DNA of 64,000 bases, taken from a virus (taxonomy: Duplodnaviria; Caudoviricetes). The stretch is taken from positions 9,919 through 73,918 of IMG/VR virus record IMGVR_UViG_3300031998_000056; one strand, given 5' to 3'. The translations under genes and the position numbers were made by a program. A model generated the notes under the pieces. It did no database searches, had not been told where the DNA came from, and saw only the letters and a list, made by a program, of their open reading frames with translations. Shown in pieces: positions 29,201 through 41,200 of this stretch. Numbering within the stretch: the first letter of the stretch is position 1; every line of letters starts with the position of its first letter.

Positions 29201-32200
29201 CAAAACTTGACCTTACCGTGCTGAATGCCGCACAACGTGCGTTCATGAAAGACCTGCTGAGACTGGCTTCAAAGGTGGGTTACGCTTATATCAAGAGTGG
29301 CGTTCACAACGTACAGGCATGGAGCAAGCAGATGTCGGAGAGCATTGGCAAGAAGCTAAAGGAAGTGCTTGGCTGGGATGAGGCTACCATTGACGACTTT
29401 ATCGGAGAGGTTTGGGAACAGAAATACACGGTCGATGGGGAGCGAATGAAGCTCCGCGAACACGCTGAAAAGTTAAATAAAAATAAGGAGGCCGACCAGA
29501 CTGTTAACGTTAACAAACAGAAGAACAATGGTACGGAAAATGTTGTATCTTTGCAGCAAGAAGCCGAGGCAGAGCCTCAGCCTGCGGAGAAGGGTTTGCA
29601 GGTAGACTTTGATGAGATAGAGTCTTTGAAGAAAGCTCCGTTCTCTGTGCGTGAGACCATTAAGGATAATGCAATTTGGGCTTATCAGGATGCTGTAATA
29701 AGCAATTTGGGAAGCATCTTCGGTTTTACACACGAGGAAAGAGAGGAGAAGAAGTACAACAGCTTCGTTGAGAACTTCAATAGAAGAGCTGGCGACTTGT
29801 TATCCAAAGGCTGCGAGCCATATCTTCGCGATGTGTACGACTATATCTCCAAGAAGATTGGAGAGCAATTAGAGCGGAGGAAGGCTGAGAAGGAGGCTGA
29901 GGTTGCGACTGAGTCGCAACAGACGGGAAAGCTGGAGGGTGACTCAGCGGAGTTCGCCAAGGAACAAAAGAAGAAGAGTGAGCTTGGTGTTGCGATTTTT
30001 TCTGCATTGAGAGCCGCCGTATTCGATGGCGATGTTCAGTTAAAGACGATGCAGAACGTTAAGGCACTCGCAAAGGAATACGGGCTTGAGAACCTGAGTT
30101 CCACCGACCTTCAAGAGATGGTTGAGGCAGAAGTGGTACAACTCGCCCGTAGGATTGCAGAACATAAGAAGTGGACGCCAGAACAGAAGTATGAGAACAT
30201 TGTACGCCTGTATCAGACGCAGCCGAGCTTGAACGCGAGAGACAACGACAGGATTAACCTCCAGCAATACTCAACGCCAGCTCCTATGGCTTATCTCATG
30301 GGAAGGTTTGTAGACCCGAATGATGAGGCACAGAGCGGACTTGAGCCGAGCGCTGGAAACGGTATGCTTACGATAGGGTTGCCGAAGGACATCATGCACG
30401 TCAACGATATTGACGAGATGCGTCTCTCCAACCTTGCCAAGCAGGGCTTCAAGGAGGTGACAAGTCAAGACGGAACGCTGCCGTTTGGAGATAAGAAGTA
30501 CGATGTAATCGTGACCAATCCTCCGTTTGGCAGCACAGAGCCGAAGGTGTACGACCTATACTCTATCAGTGGATTGGAGCATCAGATGGCTATCAACGCC
30601 TTGGATGCGATGAAGGACGATGGCAGGGCCGCGATTATCATTGGAGGCAACACCGAGTACACCAATACGGGTGTCATCAAGGGAAAGGACAGGTCGTTCT
30701 TGAACTACCTCTATTCGCACTACAATGTGGTAGATGTGATTAACATGGATGGCAAGAGCCTGTATTCAAGACAGGGAACGGGCTTCCCTGTAAGGATGAT
30801 TCTTATCAACGGAAGAAAGGAGTTCGAACCTAACACCTTCGCCCCCGTACAGAGCAAGGCAAGAGCCGAGCAGATAAAGACATACGATGAATTATATAAA
30901 CGAGTAAACGATGACATACTATCTGACAACAACAAGCCCGCTGGTGTTCACGACACAGAAAGCGGAGAGGGTGGAAGAGTGGATGATACCAGACATGCTG
31001 GAGCTTCTGCTCAAACGGGAGTACGAAATGTACGAACCGAAGGAGGCGAAGGCCAACCTTCAGTACGTGCTGAACTCAGACCAAGTGTTCAGGGAGGTGA
31101 TAACGCCACCGAGCGAACTGACGCCGCAGAGCAGCAAGAAGTGGATAGGGGACTTCCTGATGTCGGAGGCAGGTCGGGAGCTAATGAGCCAAGTGGGTCA
31201 GCCCCTGCACCAGCAAACGGAGAAGGAGGAAACGTTTCTGAACGAGGAAACGACACTGAGCGACCTGCTGCCGAGTCTGGCGAACCCAGCGGAGGCGGAC
31301 GTAGCCCAAGGGTGGACGACACACACCGTGTATTAGGAGCGGAGAAAGTTCCCTATAGACCACAAAGTAACAACCCATATTCTTTGCAGTCGCAGATGCC
31401 TGCAGAACAGGCTGACGTTGTAAAGAAAGCACTTGAAGATTTGGGCGATGTTGACGAGTTCTTGGTTAGAGAACTTGGTTATTCTTCCGTTGAAGATTTG
31501 TATCATGGCTCACAATCTCCCGAAAAACACGGAGGCTTGGCAGCAGAGCAGATTGATTCTGTCGCAATGGCCATCCACCAAATGAACCAAGGAAATGCCT
31601 TTATCATTGGCGACCAAACGGGTATCGGTAAAGGCAGACAGGCAGCAGCACTCATACGCTACGGAGTTAAAAAGGGAGGATTCCCCGTATTTATCACGGT
31701 GAAGAAAGCCCTGTTCTCTGATATGTACCGCGACCTTTGCGACATCGGAAGCCCGAAGCTGAAGCCGTTCATTTGGAGTGCAGATGATAGCGAGCATTCG
31801 GGTAATGTTACCGACAAGGACGGTAAGGTTATTTATGAGATGCCGAGCAAGAGCGAACAGAAGCGTGTCGTAGACTACATCAATAAATATGGCAAGCTTC
31901 CAAAAGAATACGACTACGTTCTCACCACCTATGACGCATTCAAGAGTGGTACGATGGACTATGAGAACGGGCAGAAGAAAGCACGTAAGTTCGCAAAAGG
32001 CAAAACGGCTGGCCCCGTTCATATAAACGGACAGGCCAAACGCGATGCTCTGGAGAGGTTGGCAGAGAACAGCTACGTGATTATGGACGAGAGCCATAAC
32101 GCAGGTGGCGAGGGAAGTAACATCAGCAATTACTTGCAGTATATCACTACAAGGGCAAAGGGCATCACATTCCTGTCGGCTACGTTTGCTAAGCGTCCGG

Positions 32201-35200
32201 GCAACATGCCTATCTATTCGCTAAAGACCGCTATCGCTAAAGCTGGAGTTGAGGTTGCCGACCTTATTGATGCCGTTAAGCGAGGCGGTGCTACCTTCCA
32301 AGAGATTATGTCGAAAGCTCTCACCGAGGCAGGTCAGATGATCCGCCGCGAGAGAGACATGACGGGTGTTACTATCGACTGGCGAGGCATAGAAGATGAG
32401 CAGGTCATTGAGAAACAGCGCCAGCAGTACGATGAGATAATCGGTCTTTTTAACGATATTATAGATTTCCAGCGTACTTACGTAGACCCCATCATCGACA
32501 AATTGAATGATGATGCGGCAGATGCGCAGGGGGCAGTAGACCACACGCCCGGTACGCGCGACATGGGCATCAACAACACGCCGTTTGCTTCACGTACCTA
32601 TAATATGGTACAACAGGTACTCCTTTCACTGAAAGCCGAGGAAGCCGCCAAGCGTGCTATTGAACATTTGAAAGAAGAACGCAAGGCTGTTATTACCGTT
32701 GCCAACACCAACGAGGGAGCAGCCGATGAGGTTTCTGCGGCCAATGGTGAGTCGATGGAGATGCCTGACTTGAGCGTGAACTTGAAGAAAGGATTGCGCG
32801 GAACGCTTCGTATCACAAGAAAAGACGGGTACGGAGATTCTAAAAACAGCGAGATACCTTTCGGTAGTCTCAGCCCAGAAGGACAAGCAAGGTATCAAGA
32901 GATAATGGATGCCATTGACAATGCTTCTACGGGATTAAGCCTCAGTCCTATTGATGTCATCAAGAACGAATTGAAGAAAGCTGGCTATAAGGTTGGAGAG
33001 CTGACAGGCCGAAAAGCCGAGTTCGTCTATAACGAGGACGGAAGCGTGAAGCGAGTAAACCGCAAGGACACCGACAAGAAGAAGGTCGCAGCAGACTTTA
33101 ATAATGGTAAGCTTGATGCTCTTATATTGAATAAGAGTGCAGGTACGGGTATATCGCTACACGCCTCTACCACATTCAAAGACCAGCACCAGCGCATCAT
33201 GATTGTCGCACAGGCACAGGGTGACGTGAACGATGAGGTGCAGATTCGTGGTCGTATCGACAGAACGGGGCAAGTGCAACGTGGTGCTTATGAATACGTT
33301 GTCTCTCAGATTCCGTCAGAGCAAAGGCTGTTGATGATGCTGAAAGCAAAATTGCGTTCGCTGGATGCCAACACCACAAGCTCGCAGAAGTCGAAGTTCA
33401 ATGAGATGCAAGTACAGGACATCATCAATAAGTATGGTGACCAGATAGTCATTCAGTATCTCGCAGAGCATGTAGACCTTGCCGAGAAGATGCAGAATCC
33501 TCTCAAATGGGATGGAGATTGGCAGACAAATACGCCAGAGCAGCTTGTGAACACCGCATCAAAAGCAGATACCGATGGCGGAACGGCCAGCAAGGTTCTT
33601 GGACGAATGGCGCTCTTGAAAGTGAAGGAACAGGAGCAGATGCTCGATGACATATCTTCACTTTACCAAGCCGAGATTGACCGTCTGAACGATATGGGCG
33701 AGAACGACTTGGAGATTACCGAGATGCCGTTGAAAGCCAAGACACTCAGCAAACAAGTATGGGAGCAGGGTATTGAACCAGGAGGAAAGAATCCGTTTGC
33801 CGACAACAGTTATGTTGAGAAGGTGAACATGGACGTTCTCAGAAAGCCCATGAAGGGTAGTGAGGTCAAGGCCGCACAAGAAAGATTACTTGGCGGAAAG
33901 ACGTGGGACGAATACAAGCAGTCTGTACTTGACAAGCTTGACAAGTGGGCTGAGGACAAGAAATCCGACACCACAGAGACCATCACTGCAAGGGCCGAGA
34001 AGAAAGCCGAGGCAGAGAAGGAGAAGTATATTAAGGGTGCGAAGAAAGCACAGGAGAAGAACGGCATGACAGATGCCGAGATAGAGAAGAACGGCCAGCT
34101 TCAATATGACACCTTCTACAAACAGGAGATGGAGAAGCTGAACAACGCTCTTGCAGCTATCGAGAAACAGAAGGATGTGTTCGTTGATGCCTTGGAGACC
34201 TTCACAACTGACGGAGTATATGCTTTGCCGAGCAACATCTACGACCTTGGAAGGATGACCTTTGAGCCGGGCTTCGGTAAGCTGATAGATATGAAGATTG
34301 CCGATAACTTCTCCACGTCTGCCAGCACCATCAGCTTCGCAACCCTTGACGGACGAAGGAAGATTACCATCCCCATCAGTGGCATGGTGAAGCAGCAGAA
34401 CAACGAGAAGCGAGGGATATTCCCCATCATCAATACTCTGACGGCACAGACGAGGCATGGTATGTTCGGACAGAATATGTCGAACACCTTGAAAGTGTTA
34501 GGACAGAACCTTGACAATTGGGATAAGCTCACATCCACCGCAGCCCGTAAGGATGGATATATCATCACAGGAAACCTTCTGAAAGCCCTTGTATCCACGC
34601 GAGAGCAGCATGTAGGAGGAAAGCTGATTTCCTATACTGCCGACACAGGCGAGGTGCGCCAAGGCATTCTGATGCCCGACAACTTCGAACCTGCCGGACT
34701 GACAAGCAAGACACCCATCTCTGCAAAGAAAGACGAGTTGAGGTATTCAAGAGACAAGGTGGAGAGTGCCGATGGTGATGTGAGCATCCGCGTGACGAAT
34801 GATTACGATTGGCGTGAACACGCTTATAACACTTTAGAGCTGACAGTACCCAAGTCAGTGAAGAAGGGTGCGAAGTATTTCAACGACCAAACCTTGTTAG
34901 ACCTTATGCAAGGTCAGTTCGAAGGCTCAAGCAGAATGAAGGCCGAGTTCAAACGTGAGAACCTCGATGCCGTGATGAAGCGTTTGGATGAGCTGGGCGT
35001 GACCGTACAGGAGCAGAATAACAACGACACCGACAGAAGGTTTGATGAGGATATAGAAGATGCTTACACAGCAGAAGAGCAGTCCATCATTGACGAAGCC
35101 AAGAAGAACGGCACGTACATGAAGGCTCCAAACGGGAAGAAGAGTAATCTTACACCGAAGCAGTGGGTCAGAGTCCGTACCAAGGCATTCAAAGATTGGT

Positions 35201-38200
35201 TTGGAGATTGGCTAAAAGGCGCTCAGGCTGTGACTGTTGTCAATACCTCATTAGAACACGGATTCAAGAACTTCGCAGATGCACGTCAGTGGGCAAAGAA
35301 AAATATTGCAAGGGTTTATACAAACGAAGAAACTGGCGGAAAAGGCGAGATTCGTATAAGTGGAAATGCGATAGAGAAATTTACATCAGAGGATGCAGTA
35401 AAGAAGAGCGACAACAAAGATGTCCACATGGCCGTTCTCAAAGTATTGCCATCAGTTATTAAAGAAGGCGTTGATGCTGATACTCACCCAGACTACATCA
35501 AGATAGACGGCGTGCGTAAACCCGAAAACGGAGTAAACCCGGGCGTTACCATACATCGCGTATATGGTGGAGTTGAAATAGATGGAAAGATTTATCGTGT
35601 TAAAGTAACTCTTAAAGAAGATAGAACGCAAGAAATTAAGAAGAGGGCATACAGCTACGAGGCAACAAAAATAGAGTTGATGGACGGTCAAAGTGCAACC
35701 CCCGTAGGAGTTCCCCGCAATTCCAACAACTCTATTCTGCTTGCAAATTTACTAAAAAATATTGATAAGTCGTATACAAACGGTGAAAAAATTATAGATT
35801 CTTCACAAATCATAGATGAAAATGGTGAACCGAAGGTGGTTTATCATGGAAGTAGAAGCAACAACATTAGTGTTTTTGATAATTCCAAAGCTGAGGCAAG
35901 ACATTCTGGTTCAACTTTATCAAAGCATTCTGATAGGACTCATTTCTTTACAGACTCAGAAGATGCAGCAGACGCCTCCTATGCAAAAGGCATAACCGGA
36001 ACGGTGTATCCAGTTTTCCTAAATATTCGAAACCCAAAAGTTGTCGACAATAAAGGGGCAAGATGGGATGGCACAGGCTACGTTTTACAAAAGAAATCAA
36101 GGATTACTAATGGATGGAGAAGAGTTTATCCAAAGAACGGGAATCTCGACTATTTTACTAATGGTGACCATATAAACAAGGATGGCCATACAAACTATAG
36201 GGACGATTCTGAATACAAATACGAACTTGTTAATGTCACAGAACCAACAGATGTTATAGTAGAAAAAGCTATCTTAGATGAACAGCAGTATGATGGTGTC
36301 ATAATAAAGAATGTGGTAGACGCATCTTCAAATTATGATGAACCTGTTATCGCCGACGATTTTGTTACATTTGTGTCTCCCAACCAAATCAAGTCCGCCA
36401 CCGAGAACAACGGAGATTATTCTAACGAGAATCCCGGCATTCGTTTCGACCAAGGCGTTGCCGAGGCACGACAGCAGAGCGACAGCAAGCAGCGTATCGC
36501 CCAGCACATTGACAGCTTAGTCAAGAAGCTTGGCACGAAAGCAAAGACCACCGTCTATCACTCTTTAAGTGAGCTGCCAGCAGATGCGCGTAGGCATGTT
36601 GAGGATGCTCACAAGAGAGGTAGGAAGGTACGTGGATGGTATGAGAACGGGCGCGTGTACCTGTTCCTTCCCGACATTGATTCCACCTATCAGGCAGAAA
36701 AGACCATTTGGCATGAGACCGTAGCCCATCACGGACTGCGTGAGCTTATTGGCGCAAAGAACTACAACGAGCTATTGAAGCGGTTGTGGCTTGAGCATAA
36801 GGATGGCGACATGGGCGAGTGGGTGACGAAACGAATGGAGCAGAACGGCTGGAGCCTTGCAGAGGCCATTGACGAATACTTAGCAAGGGAAGCAGAGAAA
36901 GAGCCGTTCAAAGAGCCGAGCCTGTGGAAGCGTCTGCAATGGATGCTCACCGAGATTCTGCACAAGATGGGCTTCACTTCCGACCCGACCATCACGGACA
37001 TTCAGTATTTGTTCTGGGTAAGTCAGAACCAGATACGCGAGAACGACCCGATGACGAAGATGAAACAGGCAGCGTTCCTGTTCAGACTTGAAAGGGAAGT
37101 TCCCGATACGCCGTATGTGAACATGATGGCGAGGAAGGTGGAGGATATTTACAACCCCGAGGCTCTTGATGCTTATGACGATGGCAGACGTCACTCAGAA
37201 GAGACAGACGAAGAAGTTATCGAGAGGCTGGAGAAAGAGCCGAAAGTGAAAGCCTATCGCGCCATGCAGTTGATAGACGGAAAGCTGTATCCTCCGATGG
37301 CCGCAAAGCAAGGTGGAAAGCTGGTAGCTCCTATCGAGTTGGGAAAGTGGGAGAGAGCAGATGAGCATCCCGAGATGGCTGACGAGAACGGAAAGTTCAA
37401 GTTGGATAAGGGTAACGGCAAGACCTTGAAAGCTGCGTATAATCCTTATATCCACACTTCCACAACCATGCTGAACGACCAATTCAGCGAGGCACAAAGC
37501 CGTCCTAATCTTGTAGTTGTTGAGGTTGAGGTTCCCGAAAGCGAACTGACATCGGGCTACAAGGCAGAGAAAGCGAAAGATTCTGTCGGAAAGGTAGATT
37601 GGAAAGCTGGCGTCATACAAGGTCAGTTAAGTGGAACGCGAGAGGTAATTCTTAGTCGTTGGGATAAGCCCGTAAGAATTGTTCCTGTTGAGGAAGTTGC
37701 CAAACACATTGCTGATATGGTAAAAGACAGGGTGGAGGTTATGCCTACCAATGTCGTAACACCTCAGCAGCGAGAAGAGATGGAGAAGCTTGGCGTTAAG
37801 TTCGTAGAGACCGACAACCGGGGAATGCTCGTTGACGGTGAGAACAAGGGCAAGAGCTATTCTTCTGTGTACGGCAAGAAAGCAGAGCGCAGGTACGATG
37901 AGGACATTGACGACCCGATGGAGGAGAGCGTGAAGGACATGTACAACGAGCGCACAGACACCGCGCAGTTCGTGATGACCGAGGCTTACCAAGATTCGAT
38001 GCTGGCATTAAAGACCGCACAGAACGCCATCGTGAAGGACGGGGATATTCCCGATTCGCAAAATGCTTACCAAGCCGAGAACCTGATGCACGGCAAGAGC
38101 AAGAACGAACAGGACTTGTTCAACGTGAACTTCCGCGACCCGTTGGTAAAGACCACGAACAAGATTCTGAACAAGATGGGCTGGACGATGCGTAGGATGA

Positions 38201-41200
38201 ATCAGTATCTTATCACGAAGAGTGGTCTTGAGAGAAACAGGGAGCTGTTTGTGAGGGATTGGCTGGAGAAGGAGCGCAAGCGTAGAGTAACTAAAGAAGA
38301 AAACCTCAATGACGCAGAGCATGCAATCTACGAGCGTATCGTACGGGCTATCGAAGACGACTTTGAGGATGGAAATATCACAGAAGAGCAGAAGAACGCC
38401 AGACTTGCATCAGCCGTCAACGATGCACACCTTGAACACATAGAAAATGTGGAGATTGGCTGGCAAGCGATGAAGAGCAGATGGAACAATCCTAATTACA
38501 CCTTCGCCGAGTACATGAATGACCTCACTCAGTATATCCAAGGCACTATTGACGAGGATTACGACCCATCGAAGAATGACTATTCTGGCTTGACGGAGAT
38601 TTATGGCGGTCAGTTTGATGACGTAGAGGCCACCAACGATGTGATGAACGATGAGACCGCTATGGAGGCGGACGCAGAAATGCTCTGGCGTCAGATTAAC
38701 GAAGCTAACAAGTACGGCTTGGAGCGCTACAGGGAGGCTGGCATGAGAAGCGATGAGGAGATAGACAGGATAGAACGCATGTTCCATTGGTACGTTCCAT
38801 TGAGAGGATTCGACAAGGAAACCGCCGAGGACGTGTATCAGTATTTCACCTCCAAACAAAAGGCCAATAGTTACGTAGGCGGTCTGATTAAACGTGCAAA
38901 GGGTCGTAAGAGCCAAGCCAAGTCGCCCATGGCCACGATGTTCGCTATGGCTTACAAGGCTATCGGAGACTGCAATCAGAACCTTGTGAACCAGCATCTC
39001 TACAGATTGTGCCAGGCACACCCGAATGACTTGGTAATTATCAGCGATGCTTGGGCAAGACTGAACCAGACCACAGGCATGTGGGAAGAATCTTATCCGA
39101 CCATTCCCGATAACGCCACCGATGAAGAGATTCGCCAGATCACCCTCGCATGGGAGCAAGAGAACAAGCGTCTTGAACTCCAAGGTGAGGCAAGGAGGAT
39201 TAACGGCAAGGGTAAGTTCGACTATAAGTTTGCTGACAAGAAGAGCCGTGACGAGCATATCGTGGAGGTGATGATAAACGGCAAGAAGAAGCTGATGACC
39301 GTAGTTGGTAATCCTCGCATGGCACAGGCTTTGAACGGACAGACACGATTCTCCAATGCAAAGAACTTCTTGAGTAGTTGGAACAGCAGAATCAAGCACA
39401 TGATGTCGAGCGCATACACCTCATATAACCCGACCTTCGCTATGAGAAACCTCATGCGCGACTGGACGCACTTCAGAATGATGCTTGGTGTGAGAGAAGG
39501 ACAGGGATATGCCCGTGCCGCGAATAAGTATTACAGAGAGACCTTCCCACGTCCTATCCACACAAGAGGCAAGGAAGGAATGAAAACCCTGTTCAAAAAA
39601 TATCGCGATGGAACGTTGGATATGAACAAGGAGGTCGAGAAGGACTTCAAGGACTTCATGGATAACGGAGGTATCACAGGTTTCGTTCAGATGCAGAAGC
39701 TTGAGGACATCGAGAAGCACATGAACAATCTGAACAAGCAGTTGAAGGCTGGCAAGACCATCAAGCTCAACAACAAGATTTGGGATATGACGCTTGGTGT
39801 GGTAGAGGCATACAACGAGGCTATTGAGAACAACGCCCGTTTTGCCACGTACAGAGCCTCAAGACACTATGCTGGCAGGACGAAAGCCCGTAGTGCTTAC
39901 GATGCCAAAGAGGTTACCGTGAACTTCAACAGAAAGGGAGCGGGCGCAAAGACGGCTGGATTCAAGAGCAAGCGCGACAGGGTGACACATGCCGCACAGG
40001 TGGCAGGTGTGACAAGTCAGGTGCTTGGCGAAGGAAGAATCTTCAACAACGCCACCATACAGGCTATTGCCACCACGTTCAAGAACTTCCAGAACCCCGA
40101 TGGTAGCATCAACAAGGGTTATGTAGCAAGATGGGCAAAGGGCTATGCCATTCCTCCATTCGTTTTGGGCTTTGTGATGCCTTATATAAATGGAGCATTG
40201 TTTGCGATGCTCGGAGGTAGTGGCGATGACGACCCGTATGCAAACCTTCCCGATTGGGTGAGAAGAAAGAATCTATGTTTCTATCTCGGTTTCGACAGCT
40301 TCCTCACAACGCCTGTGGCACAGGAGCTTGCGGCATTCCTTACTTTGGGAGACATCGCAGCAGGCGTAACCTACGCTCCAGAGCTGAAGCCTATCGACAG
40401 AGGATGGGAAGAGGAGCTGGCCGATGTGCTGAATACCTTCTCTCCTGTGGATATTGACAAGAAGATAACCAATGGCGGTCTGTTCTCAAAGGATTGGATG
40501 CTTGAAATCATGGGCAAGACCTTCTCCGTACTGACACCAGCTATCTCCGTAGCAGAGAACAGGAGTTGGACGGGAAGGCCAATATTCCGCGAGGACAGAT
40601 ATGAAAATGACATCTATACGCCAGAGTATCAGATGGTGTACAGAGATACGAACCCCATCTTGGTTGAGGCTTCAAAGTGGCTGAATGATATTTCGGGAGG
40701 AGACGAGGATAAACGTGGATGGATACAGGTAAACCCGGCTATTGTTCAGTATCTATTTGAGCAGTTCACGGGCGGCCCGGGTAAGACACTCTCTAATTTC
40801 ATCTCTATTGGACGAGACATCAAAGACCTCCTCAAGGAGGGCAGTGCAGGTGACTTCAATGCGAGAAAGGTGGAAGGACTGAAAGCATTCGTTCAACAGG
40901 GAGACGACAGAACTCAATACTACAGGACTTTGGCAAAGTATCGCAAGTATGGCGAGGATGCGAAGGAACTGAAGGACGAGGTGTCGCGTAAGATGAAACG
41001 TGCAGAGGATGGTGACGTGGATGCCCTGCTGAAACTGCAAGAGATTGACAAGTCTGTGGAGGCTGAGCGGATGCGGATATACTACGACTACGAAAAGGAT
41101 TTGAGGAAGCTTTATAGCATGATGCTCTCCACCGAGGACAAGGCTTTGAAGAAGGAGCTTCAAAAGGATTACAACGAAGCCGTGAAGGAAGTAGTAGACC

